Source: Basidiobolus meristosporus CBS 931.73 (taxonomy: Eukaryota; Fungi; Basidiobolomycota). Taken from it: a stretch of DNA of 32,933 nt. The stretch is taken from NCBI GenBank assembly GCA_002104905.1, contig MCFE01000827.1, forward strand, positions 1 to 32,933. The letters are read 5' to 3'. Below, piece after piece: positions 10,765-20,835 of the stretch (the first letter of the stretch is position 1; the number at the start of each line of letters is the position of its first letter). A program made the position numbers and the translations under genes. The notes beneath the pieces were generated by a model, which did not search any database, was not told the DNA's origin, and saw only the letters and a program-made list of their open reading frames with translations.

Positions 10765-12762
10765 ATGCTGCCAAAAAATAAAGCAAAGTTGTCTGGCTCT
10801 CAACCAAGCCCCACTACTAATGGCAACAGAAGAATGGTTGGACAACAACCTGCTTTGACATTCAGCGCAACAAGCGGGGCTACATCCAAAAAAGGCCCTG
10901 TGGACAGTGTGCCCATTGAGGGTAATAATGCGGACTCCTCAGGCTCTCAGTCAAGTGGGCAATTGAGGATCTCTGCAGAGCCACTAGCTGACCGTTATGC
11001 TCAGGCAGATGAGAATGTAGCAAATGCAGTAACCTCAGTTGATGATCAGCAAGTGGCCATGATAACATCACCACCACCCATATTAGCAAGTATGTTGTCA
11101 GCTCATACCAAAGCATTAATGAAGTAATTAGGTGCAGTGGTTCATAGAATACATGCAATGGCCCAGAGAAATCAGGAAGTAGTCCAGAAACAGGATGAGC
11201 AGATACTATGTGTAGGGCAATCAATATCCCTGGTAGAGAAAGTAGTATCTTTGCTGCAAAGAAGGAACTCAAGTAGCTCAATGTCATAGCCAAGAGTTGG
11301 GCCATTTTGCAATGTAATAGCAGAGGAACACTGTACAGTCTTTGAAGCACAACAACAGTGCCCAAAGATAAAGCCCACAGAAAAACCTATCACTGTGTAG
11401 GAGGGAGACAATGTGGTAATTAATCAAAGCCTAGAAATCAAAAGACATTAAAGATCCATGAAGCCATTGAGTGCAATAATGAAGAGTGGGCTAAAATATA
11501 AGAGGCTGTCAGAAGTCTAGCACATCATCACCTTAAGGCCAGCATATCATGGGACCATCAGGAGCTCAAGGCCAAGCAGAATGCACTTGACTTGTTCTAT
11601 GGGCATTATCCTGGATTTAAACAGGCAAACAGATTTTGGGCCAGCATTAGTATGCTAAGAAAGTATCTTAAGAATAGCAGAAACTATTAATGGTGGAAGA
11701 ACAAGGGTGCCATGGCTTAAGCCATCAGCTTCCTCAAGAGCCTATTACAAGCTGAGCCAAAAGCTCCTGACAAGAGTTAAAGAGACATCAGGCAGCTGGA
11801 AGAGTGCCAATTAAGGACAAGCAGGCAGACATGGATGCATTTGCACAACACTTATTAAGGAAAAAGTGTGGTACCACTCAAGAAGCACCCAGTCAAAGAA
11901 GCAGTGAAGGACCTGGCAGTCATAAAAACCAGCCGCTTTTACAGGAGCCTGTTGCAACTATGGCTGAGAGCTCAAAGCAAGCTGAAAAGAAATGTCAGGT
12001 TGCCATAATAGTGCCAGCAAGGGACAAGCAGGCCAAAACAGCTGAGTCAGAGCAGAATTTATCCAGGAGAAAATGTAGTTCTTTACAAGAAGCACTCAGA
12101 CAAAGAGGCAGTGAAAGGCCTGGCAGTGATAAAGGTAAGGGTAAAGGGAAAAATATCTACCCAAGCCTGAGACAGGGAGGCATGCAGAAATACTGCAGTT
12201 CTTGCCAATTAATGCCGTAATCCAGGATCAGACTGAATGCCATCATAGCCAAGAAAAATTACCATCAAGAAAACAGCTTTTTTCAGAAGAGTTGGAAGCG
12301 CAGCCAGTTGAGCTACACTCCAGCAAGGTAGAAGAGTTTGCTGCAAAGGGCAACTTGTCTACCACAGCATCCACAGCCTCTATTGTTAACAGAGTAGAGA
12401 TTCCACTGACAGACCAGGCTACAACCTCTAGAACTCAAAAGACTATCACAATGCCTTCAGTGGTGTTTTGGAACATCAATAGGCACACCAAGAGGTTGCA
12501 GAACCTCTTCAAGAGCAGTGCTCAAGAAAATGCACTGGAACATTGCAAGAATTTATTGCAAAGACTGGCAGATGAGGAGCTAGACCTTGCAGTGCTTGCT
12601 GAAGACCAGGATGTGTGGGATCCAGTGAATGAACAGTGGCATAAAGCTGTTGGGTTCCTGCCAAAGTTGTGGAACCAGAGCTTTACAGCAGAAATACTTA
12701 CTGAGTGGTGGATTTTAATGCAGTTACTTGATGAGTGTGGGGTGGGCTTAATGTTAGTGTAG
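10765..12762 (+). pseudogene. Second ORF of the CMC element, unknown function, decayed
   Basis: Chain of same-strand ORF fragments between the transposase start and the right TIR. Homologous to the minus-strand copy at ~30390-31930. Lies inside the TIR/TSD-defined element. Confidence 0.7.
11804..12136 (+). repeat. In-frame diverged repeat (207-bp period) inside ORF2
   Basis: PIKDKQADMDAFAQHLLRKKCGTTQEAPSQRSSEGPGSHK (from 11804) vs PARDKQAKTAESEQNLSRRKCSSLQEALRQRGSERPGSDK (from 12011). Confidence 0.8.
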
Positions 12763-13142
12763 GTTATAGAGACTGGTATAGGTCAATACAATTTGCAGTT
12801 GAGGTTCAACTGAAGTTTCAATGGAAATAAATCAATTTGTACGTATGAAAAGTAAGAGAAATGGTTGAGTCAGGAAGTAAGGAGGGTGAAAAAGAGGCAA
12901 TAGCCAATCAATTCACACAAGTGTAGGAGGCAATAGAGTGTCGGGGATCAGAAAGTGAGCAAATTGGCAGGGAACCAATCAAAAGCCACTTATACATTGT
13001 TGGGATGAAAAATTTTGATGAAGTTTTTTGTTAAATCCGGGGTCCAATTATTTTCAACTGTCTCTGAACAGTGTCCTGACAAGATCAATACCTCTTTTTA
13101 TGGGACACTAACTGTGTGATGGCCTTTTGACAGGATCATCTC

Positions 13143-13160
13143 AATAATTTCTCATAGGGG
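13143..13160 (-). repeat. Right terminal inverted repeat of the CMC element
   Basis: AATAATTTCTCATAGGGG; reverse complement matches the left TIR at 15/17, plus one extra G. Confidence 0.85.
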
Positions 13161-13209
13161 TTAGGTCAAAATTAGGACTAGTCAGTATGAGCATTTAGCT
13201 GAGTGGGAG
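13161..13209 (+). pseudogene. pol: Copia A0 RNase H tail and polypurine tract
   Basis: (I)RSKLGLVSMSI* followed by GAGTGGGAG (13201-13209) abutting the LTR. Confidence 0.9.
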
Positions 13210-13558
13210 TGTTGTAAAAGTTTGTAGTTCCACCTAAATAGTCACCTTACATAGTCACTTTGATCATTACATTCATATCCTAAAGAATACTGACCAAATT
13301 CCTTGTTGGGATTTACTTAGAATGCTTTCACCAAAATACCAGGTACCCACAACATAAAAAATCTCAAAGTTGTCAAAACTGCCCTAAATCTTACACATTT
13401 ACTCTTGGGACCTGCCTAAACCTATTCTACATGTTTCTTTTGCCAATACCATGTACAAGTACAAAAACTACTTCCACATTCAATAAAACGTTAAGTGAAA
13501 ACCACATGAATTAGTTGTCCTACCAATCACTTCCAGTATCTCCAAGACTCTTACAACA
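13210..13558 (+). repeat. Copia A0 3' LTR (349 bp)
   Basis: TGTTGTAA...TTACAACA; homologous to the LTRs at 14034, 14362, 19545, 20432 and 23537. Confidence 0.93.
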
Positions 13559-13678
13559 CATAATACAATGTTGTCCAAGAGCAATCCTGCCTACTGGTAG
13601 CTACAGTATTGTGCCTGATTGCTGTTTACAACCTCAGATTCTGCCACATGCCCTGGTGCAGCACAATGAAACAAGTCC
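13559..13678 (-). mobile_element. Terminal fragment X of a putative DNA transposon with a GACTTGTT terminus
   Basis: Its reverse complement (GGACTTGTTTCATTG...CCAGGGCATG...AATCAGG...CTGTAGCTA...GTAGGCAG) aligns with 20712-20835 and shares the terminal motif of the foldback at 15788. It abuts copia A RT directly. Confidence 0.6.
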
Positions 13679-14033
13679 AGTACATACCTAGGCACTAAGT
13701 TCCCCATAGACAGAAGTACCCAGATTATTGCCCTAGGCCAGTCTAAGTATATTCAAGATATACTTAAAAAGTACCAAGTGGAAGACTGTACACTGGCAGT
13801 TACTCCAATGAAGACAAACCTTAACCTGATTAAACTCATCTATATCAAGAGAGGTTGGTGCTATCTGAAATCCTAGCATTTCCTTACCAATACATGATCA
13901 GCAGTGTGATGTATATGATGCTTGCAACATGTCCAGATATTTTATATTCAATGGGAGTTATCAGACAGCATAACCTCAACTATGGATCTGTCCTTATTGC
14001 TGCAGTTAAGTGGATTTTTAGATAACTAAAAGG
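13679..14033 (+). pseudogene. pol: Copia A reverse transcriptase fragment (5' of insertion B)
   Basis: Homologous to 26980-27130 and 18670-19030: YLG-KF-IDR...QSKYIQDILKKY...YMMLATCPDI...AVKWIFR*LKG. Confidence 0.9.
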
Positions 14034-14225
14034 TGTTGTTAAAACTTGTAATTCCGCCAAGATATTCACCTAACTTAGTCACTTAGATCATAATCCTCAA
14101 ATCCTAGAGAATACTGACTAAATTCCATGTCAGGATTTACTTAGAATATTTTCACCAAAATACCAGGTACCCAGAACATGAAAATTCTCAAAGTTATCCA
14201 AACAGCCCCAAACTTTGCACACATG
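14034..14225 (+). repeat. Copia B 5' LTR, 3' half and PBS deleted
   Basis: Matches the first ~190 bp of the family LTR, then joins directly to gag sequence homologous to ~23930 onward. Confidence 0.88.
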
Positions 14226-14361
14226 CTCTTATTACTGGAACTTTTCCCTCTGTTGAAAAGTTGGATGGATCTAGCAACCATGTATGGAAGGTGAAAATGA
14301 AGATGCTGCTACAAGAAAGAGGCCTTTGGGATATTTTCATTCGAGAAGAATGCCTTCTAAA

Positions 14362-14709
14362 TGTTGCAAGATCCTTGGAGATATTGGAAGAAATTGGAGG
14401 ACAAGTAGGTTATGTTGTTTTCACTTAATGGTATATTGAATGTAAAAGTAGAATTTATACTTTTACATGGTCTTGGCATTACAAGCACATAGAATAGATT
14501 ACAAAAGGTCTCAAGAACATGTGCGCAAAGCTTGGGGCTGTTTGGGCAACCTTGAGAATTTTCATGTTCTGGATACCTGGTATTTTGGTGAGAATGTTCT
14601 AAGTAAATCCCAACATGGAATTTGGTCAGTGTTCTCTAGGATTTTAGGATAATGATCTAAGTGACACAGTTAGGTTAATATTTGGGTGGAATTACAAACT
14701 TTTACAACA
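14362..14709 (-). mobile_element. Inverted solo LTR of the same copia family inserted in B gag
   Basis: Full 348-bp reverse-complement LTR (TGTTGC...TACAACA) with TSD CTAAA/CTATA. The empty site matches copia C CCTAAAAACGTGGG. Confidence 0.9.
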
Positions 14710-15787
14710 CTATAAATGTGGGAGAGGAAGTCTTAAAATACAAGAAGAAAGAACAAAGTGCCTTTAACTGCATTTGCCTTAATGTTAAAGACAAATTGCT
14801 AATTCAATGTTCTAGAGCAAAATTGGCAAAGAATGCCTGGAGGGTATTAGAAGACACCTACACATCATGTTCAGCTGCCAAGAAAATTTATCTGAGACAA
14901 ATATACTTTACTACAAAGATGTAGCCAGGAGAAGAAATGAAAAATCTAATCAACAGAAATACCCTGCTGGTAGACAAGATGGAATATCTGGGTGTACCAA
15001 TCACTGATCAAGTTAGTCAGCAGAAAAGCCTGAATATGGAAATGCTGCAGCAACTGAATAGAGACTATTCACATCTGCACTAGATATGACCACAAACAAG
15101 GATTCTCTGGCATGGTATATTGAATCTGCAGCATCTTGACAATTACACACAAAAAGAACTTCTTACCAAATATCAAAAAAATTCCAATCAAGAAGGTTTT
15201 CATTGGTTACAATTGAACACTTGATACAGTGGGAGCAGGAGCTATCCAAGTAATCCTAAGAAGTAGTGAAGGAAGCCATACACTGACCATTAAGCAAGTA
15301 CTCTATGTACCAGAAATAGCCAAGAACCAGCTATCTGTAAGCAAGGCCACAGCAGAAGGACTCAGTTTCAGCTTTAACAATTCTGGAAGCAGGATCACTG
15401 ATCAAAATGGTGCACACATTGCTTTTGGTATCAGAGATCAGAATCTATACAGGTTGACTTATATTCCATCATATTTGGAAGCCAATATTAGTAACTTAAA
15501 TGAAGTAACACAATTGCTTTGGCACAGGAGATTTGGGCACATCAATTTTGATTATTTGCGCAAAATGATCAAAGATCAGCTAATTTCTGGAGTAAAAATT
15601 GCTCCCCCAGCTAATTTGGAGTACTCTGAAGCCTGCATAGATGGGAATAAAGCCAGACAACTACTTGAGAGCTCTGGGCTAATCAAAACTAAGAAAAAAC
15701 TAGATCTAATTCACTCAGATATGTGTGGACCTATGCAAAAGGTATCCCTAGGCATGGTGAAGTGTTTAATCAATTTTATTGATGATA

Positions 15788-16520
15788 AGACTTGTTCTGT
15801 TGGATAGTGCCACATTGAGTCATGAGTACCAAATGATGCCATAGTGTGCAAGAGAGGCCAAGTAAGCCTATACTTGACCACAGAGTGTGAAACATAGATC
15901 TGCATCTTCATGCAAAGCAGTCCCTGTGCTTCACCTATGATGCAGGAGAAAATCCATTTTTTGACATTTTTTTGAGGATCAATATTGGGCAGGATGTGAA
16001 GAGCAATAAAGGATTGAAGATATACATCTGGTACTCAATACCCATAGCACTCTGAATCTAGCACCTGTGGCTTGTAACATGTCACAAAAATGCATGGCAC
16101 TATCTTGGTCCACTGGTACTGTCTGGCACTATAAGTGCTTTGTATTGATCTTACTTTAGGGCTAGTATTCAAATATAGTGCTGGATAGTACCAGTGGACC
16201 AAGATAGTGCCATGCATTTTTGTGACATGTTATAAGCCACAGGTGCTAGATTCAGAGTGCCTTGGGTATTGAGTACCAGATGTATATCTTCAATCCTTTT
16301 GTGCACTCGCACATCCTATACAACATTTACCTAAAAAAAAAGGTCAAAAAATGGATTTTCTCCATCACAATGAGTCAAGCACAGGGGCTGCTTTGCATGA
16401 AGATGCAGAGCTGTGCTGCACACTCTGTGGCCAAGTGTAGGCTCACTTGGCCTCCCTGGCACACTATGGCATAATTTGGCACTCATAGCTCAATGTGGCA
16501 CTATCCAATGGAACAAGTCT
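15788..16520. mobile_element. 733-bp foldback/MITE-like element with ~346-bp inverted arms and a 40-bp spacer
   Basis: 15788-16133 and 16174-16520 are reverse complements, with termini AGACTTGTTC(CG)TTGG. It sits in the integrase FIDDYTR codons; the most parsimonious TSD is 3 bp (ATA/ATT). Confidence 0.92.
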
Positions 16521-16828
16521 ATTATACAAGATACACATTGGTCTACTTTATGGAGAAAGGTAGAGGCTATGTCTAAGCTCAGGGAGTTTAAAGACATGGT
16601 GGAGAGAAAATTTGGTAAAAATCAAGAAAATATGCTTTGACAACAATTGAAACATACCTCAAAACTCTTGATCCACATCTGCAAAATTCATGGGAAAAGT
16701 AGGAGACTACTGTACTATATTCCCCACAGAAAAATGAAGTGGCAGAACATATAAACAGATCAATAACTGATATTGTAAGATCTATGATCCACAATCAAAA
16801 ATTATCCTATGACTTTTAGGGGGAAGCA

Positions 16829-18019
16829 GTTGCTACAGCTGTGGACCTTAAAAATAGGATTTATAATGGAATACTTGGTAAATCTACTCCACTGGAAGCA
16901 TGGTATTGATAAAGATCAAGTGCAGAACATCTAAGAATAGCTGAGTGTACAGCATATTCCAAGAAACTGCGTCTAAATCACTCATAATATGAGCCAAAAA
17001 GTGTAAAATGATTACTTTTGGGCTACTGTAATGCAAATAAGACATAGACACTCTACAGTACCAAAGTAAAGAAGCTGATCAAGTTCAAGGATGTGTTGTT
17101 TGATAAAAATTCAGAATTTTTGCAAAAATTACATCAGCTGATGACAAAAATTTGATCTCAAGTCCACTAATAATCAGGATTGAATCAGAGCAAAACAATG
17201 GGAACTTTTTCACTACAGCAGACTCTGCAACATGGTTCAGCCTGAATCAGTGCCTAGGGATATCCCAGAGGTGATCCTTCCATTATCTAATGCTAGGAAA
17301 TCCAACTGGACAAGAAATAGCCCAAATCACAATATTAATGCATGTACAAACCTAGCCAATGCATATGCAGCCCATATTGATGAGCCACAGACTGTAAATG
17401 AGTCCCTATATAGCCCTCAGATCTTCTTTGCCACAGCTGTATACCTTAAAATAGGAGTTATAACCAAATACTTAGTGATTATACTCCATTAAAATCATGG
17501 TATGGATACAGACCAGGTGCAGAACATATAAAAATATTTGGGAGTACAGCATTTGCCACAAAACTGCCCAGAAATCAGTCAAAATTTGAGCCAAAAAGTA
17601 TGGAATGAGCATTATTGGCCTACTGCAATAAGAGCAAAGCATACAGACTCTACAATATCAAAGCAAAGAAGCTAATGAAGTCCAGGGATATGTTGTTTGA
17701 TGAAAATACAAGTTGTTCACAAAAATTACATCAGTTGATGATAAAAATGTGATATCAAGTCTACCAATTGTCAGGATTGAATCAGAGTAAAACAATGAAA
17801 TCTTTTTCACTCTGGAAGATTCTGCTGCTGTGGTTACCCCTGAAGCAGTGCCCAGAAATATCCCAGAAGTGATCATTCCAGTATCAAAATCCTGGAGATC
17901 CAACCTGACAAGAAATTGCTCATATTACAATATCAATGAGGGTACAAACTGAACCAATGCATATTCAGTCCATATTAAGGAACCCCAGACTGTACACAAG
18001 GCCCCAAATAGCCCTCAGA
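16829..18019 (+). repeat. Diverged direct duplication (598-bp period) of the integrase-RT linker in copia B
   Basis: ~16829-17421 and ~17427-18019 both run from (G/T)TTGC(T/C)ACAGCTGT to ATAGCCCTCAGA. Confidence 0.9.
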
Positions 18020-19544
18020 CAGAGTTTTGGAGATCTGCAATGACTGCAGAATATCAGGCCCTGATGGAAAATCACACTTGTGACTTGGCCAAATTACCAA
18101 TCAACCCAATATCAATTGTGTGCAGATGGGTCTTCAAGACAAAATACAAGGCTGATGGTACAATTGAAAGATATAAAGGAAAACCTGTGGCCATTAGATA
18201 CTCTAAAACAAAAGGACCTGACTCTACTGAGACCTTTGTACCAGTAGTAAAGTTTAATTCCATCAGATTAATATTTACTATTGCAGCCAAATATAAGTTC
18301 CCTATACATCAAATGGATGTAAAAGCTGCATTTCTGAATGAAGAACTTGATGAGGACTTGTACATGTACCAGCCTGACGGGCTTGTTGATCAAGAGAGCC
18401 CCCATTTGGTCTGCAAGCTTAAAAAGTCTCTACATGGTCTCAAACAATCACCAAGAGCCTGGAATTGAAAGGTAGACTCTTATTTGGAATCTTTGAGTTT
18501 CAAAAAGTAGTAATGCTGGCTATAGTATACACTATAAGCCAGATAGAGGAAAACCAGCTCTATTAGCTCTATATGTGGATGATCTCATTATAGCCGTCAA
18601 TAACCTAGCAACATTGAAAGATACTAAATCCAGCCTCTCTTAGGAGTTCACAATGTCTTATCTAGAAGAATGCAGTTACTACTTAGGGACTAAGTTCTCC
18701 ATAGACAGAAGTACCAAGACTATCACCCTAAGCCAATCCAAGTATATTTAAGATATACTAAAGAAGTATCAAATGGAGGACTCTAAACTGGCAGCTACCC
18801 CAATTGAGACAAACCTTAACTTGGTCTAAACTTAACCAAAGCAAGAGAGCTTAGTGCCATCAGAAAGCCCTGACTCTTCTTATCAATCAATGATTGGCAG
18901 TTGGATGTATATTATGCTTGGAACATGTCCAGATATCTCATATTTGGCGGGAGTTGTCAGCCAACATAATCATGACTGTCAATCTGATCATATTATAGCA
19001 GTTATAGGGATTTTGATACCTAAAAGGAACTGCTTATATCTGCTCAAGACTCACTCATAAGGATTCAGAACAGGATTTTGTTGGATACTCTGATTCCAAT
19101 TGAGGACAAAATTTAGAAGACAGAAGATCCATTACAGGCTACACCTCTCTTTACTGTAAAGGAGCAATTTCATTGAATTTAAGAAAGCAACCATCTGTAT
19201 CACTTTCTACCACAGAGGCAGAGCATATGGCAGCCTGTGAAGTTACAAAACAAGTAATGTGGTTAAGAAAGCCTTTTACAGATTTAGGCCTATGTTAAAA
19301 AATGCTTATTACTTTATTTTGTGCAATTAGATAGAAATCCAACTTTTTATTCTAGATTTAAGCACGTAGATATCAGACATCATTTTATATGTGAAGGTAT
19401 AGAGAATAATGTAGTTAGCTTAGTTAACTGTCCTTTAGATGAATTGATTGCAAATACATTTACCAAACCATTAGCTAGAGACAAGTTTGAATATCTTAGG
19501 TCAAAATTAGAACCAGTCTGTATGAGCATTTAGCTGAGTGGGAG

Positions 19545-19893
19545 TGTTGTAAAAACCTGTAATTCCACCTAAATACTCACCCAACTTAGTCACTTAAATC
19601 ATTACCTTCAAATCTTAGAGAATACTGACCAAATTCCTTGTTGGGATTTATCTAGAATATTTTCATCAAAATACCAGATACTCCAAAAATGAAAATTGTC
19701 AAAGTTATCCAAACAGCCCCAAGCTTTGCCCACATGACCTTAGGACCTTTCTAAGCCTATTCAATGTGTTTGCTATGCCAAGATCATGTAAAAATTTAAA
19801 TACTATCTTTACATTCAATAAATCATTAAGTGAAAGCCACATGATCTACTTATTATCCCAATCACTTCTAATATCTTCAAGACTCTTTCAACA
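19545..19893 (+). repeat. Copia B 3' LTR (349 bp)
   Basis: Preceded by PPT GAGTGGGAG (19536-19544); TGTTGTAA...TTTCAACA. Confidence 0.95.
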
Positions 19894-19898
19894 AAAGG

Positions 19899-20420
19899 AA
19901 CTGCAGATATATGCTTATGGTACAACTATAGGGATTTGGAACAAGATCTTGCAGGATACTCTGATGCTGATTGGGGCCAAATCCTGCAGACACAGGATAC
20001 ACCACAGGATACAACATTCTTTACTGTAACAGAGCAATTTTATGGAATTCAAGAAAGCAACCACCTATATCACTTTCTACCACCAAGACCAAGTATATAG
20101 TAGCCTGTTAAGCTACAAAAGAAGCAATGCTATTAAGAAAGCTTCTTAAAGAATACAGCCAATGTCAAAAAATGCCTATTACTATATTTCAACATAATCA
20201 TAGATGTATAAAGTTAAGCGGAGATCCTCTTTTACATACTAAAGCTAAGCACGTACATATTAGATATCACTTCATATGCAAAGCTATGGAGAATAACTTG
20301 GTCAACTTAGCATACTATCCTACAGATGAAATGATTGCAGACATATTTACTAAATCACTAGCTGGAGACAAATTGGAATATTCTTGGTGAAAACTAGTAC
20401 CAGTCAGCATGAACATTTAG
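19899..20420 (+). pseudogene. pol: Copia A RT end and RNase H (3' of insertion B)
   Basis: TADICL...GYSDADW...KAKHVHIRYHFIC...MIADIFTKSL...VSMNI*. Confidence 0.92.
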
Positions 20421-20431
20421 TTATGTGGGAG

Positions 20432-20712
20432 TGTTGCAAAATATCCAGAGTTCCACCAATATATTCACCCAACTTAGTCACTTAGATCATTACTTACAAA
20501 TCTTAGTGAACATCTACCAAAATCCTTGCTGGGATTTACTTGGAGTATTATTCTTGAAAATATCAGTTACCCAGAGCATGAAAATCCTCAAAGTTGTTGA
20601 AGCAGCCTCAACTTTTCACGCATGTTCTTGAACTTGCGTGCATATTCTGAATGCTTGTGATGCTTAAATCATGTAAAAGTATAATACTACTTTTAGTCTC
20701 ACTAAATCCTTA
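20432..20712 (+). repeat. Copia A 3' LTR, truncated
   Basis: PPT TGTGGGAG then TGTTGCAAAAT. A diverged family LTR that aligns up to ...CCTTA, where it is cut by fragment Y. Confidence 0.85.
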
Positions 20713-20835
20713 CACTTGTTCCATTGTACCTTGCCAGGGCATGAGGTGCAAAATTTGGATGTTAAGAACAATCAGGTGCAATGCTGTAGCTATCTGTAGG
20801 CAGAACTACTCTTTGACAATTTTGCACTGTGTGGA
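20712..20835 (+). mobile_element. Terminal fragment Y of a putative DNA transposon with an (A)CACTTGTTCC terminus
   Basis: Homologous to the reverse complement of 13559-13678; starts where LTR homology stops. Confidence 0.6.

Larger units (their letters stand above)
649..13160 (-). mobile_element. CMC/EnSpm (CACTA-like) DNA transposon, ~5.4 kb native length, interrupted by a gypsy element
   Basis: Left end CCCTATGAAAAATAATT (649-665) and right end AATAATTTCTCATAGGG(G) (13143-13160) form a 17-bp inverted repeat with 2 mismatches. It is flanked by TTA (646-648) and TTA (13161-13163). Removing it restores copia RNase H KYIRSKLGLVSMSI*. It encodes a Tnp21-type transposase. Confidence 0.88.
14226..19533 (+). 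pseudogene. gag-pol: Copia B gag-pol remnants
   Basis: Colinear with copia C: QSAFNCICLNVK, WYIESAAS, LWHRRFGH, IHSDMCGP, FIDD, CRWVFKTK, HQMDVKAAFLN, GLKQSPRAW, KHVDIRHHF. Interrupted by two insertions, a ~290-bp gag deletion and a 598-bp duplication. Confidence 0.93.
14034..19893 (+). mobile_element. Ty1/copia element B inserted in the RT of copia A
   Basis: Perfect 5-bp TSD AAAGG (14029-14033 / 19894-19898); removal restores LKGTADICL. Contains gag, PR, IN, RT and RH remnants and a 3' LTR. Confidence 0.95.

Noticed and set aside
10880-11365. 161-aa minus-strand ORF and other antisense ORFs overlapping TE coding regions
   Set aside because: They are shadows of the coding strand with no motifs; stop-poor antisense frames are expected.
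15788-16520. CRISPR array, structured RNA gene or terminator
   Set aside because: It is a single long inverted repeat inserted into integrase codons, with no repeat-spacer periodicity and no tRNA/rRNA signatures.
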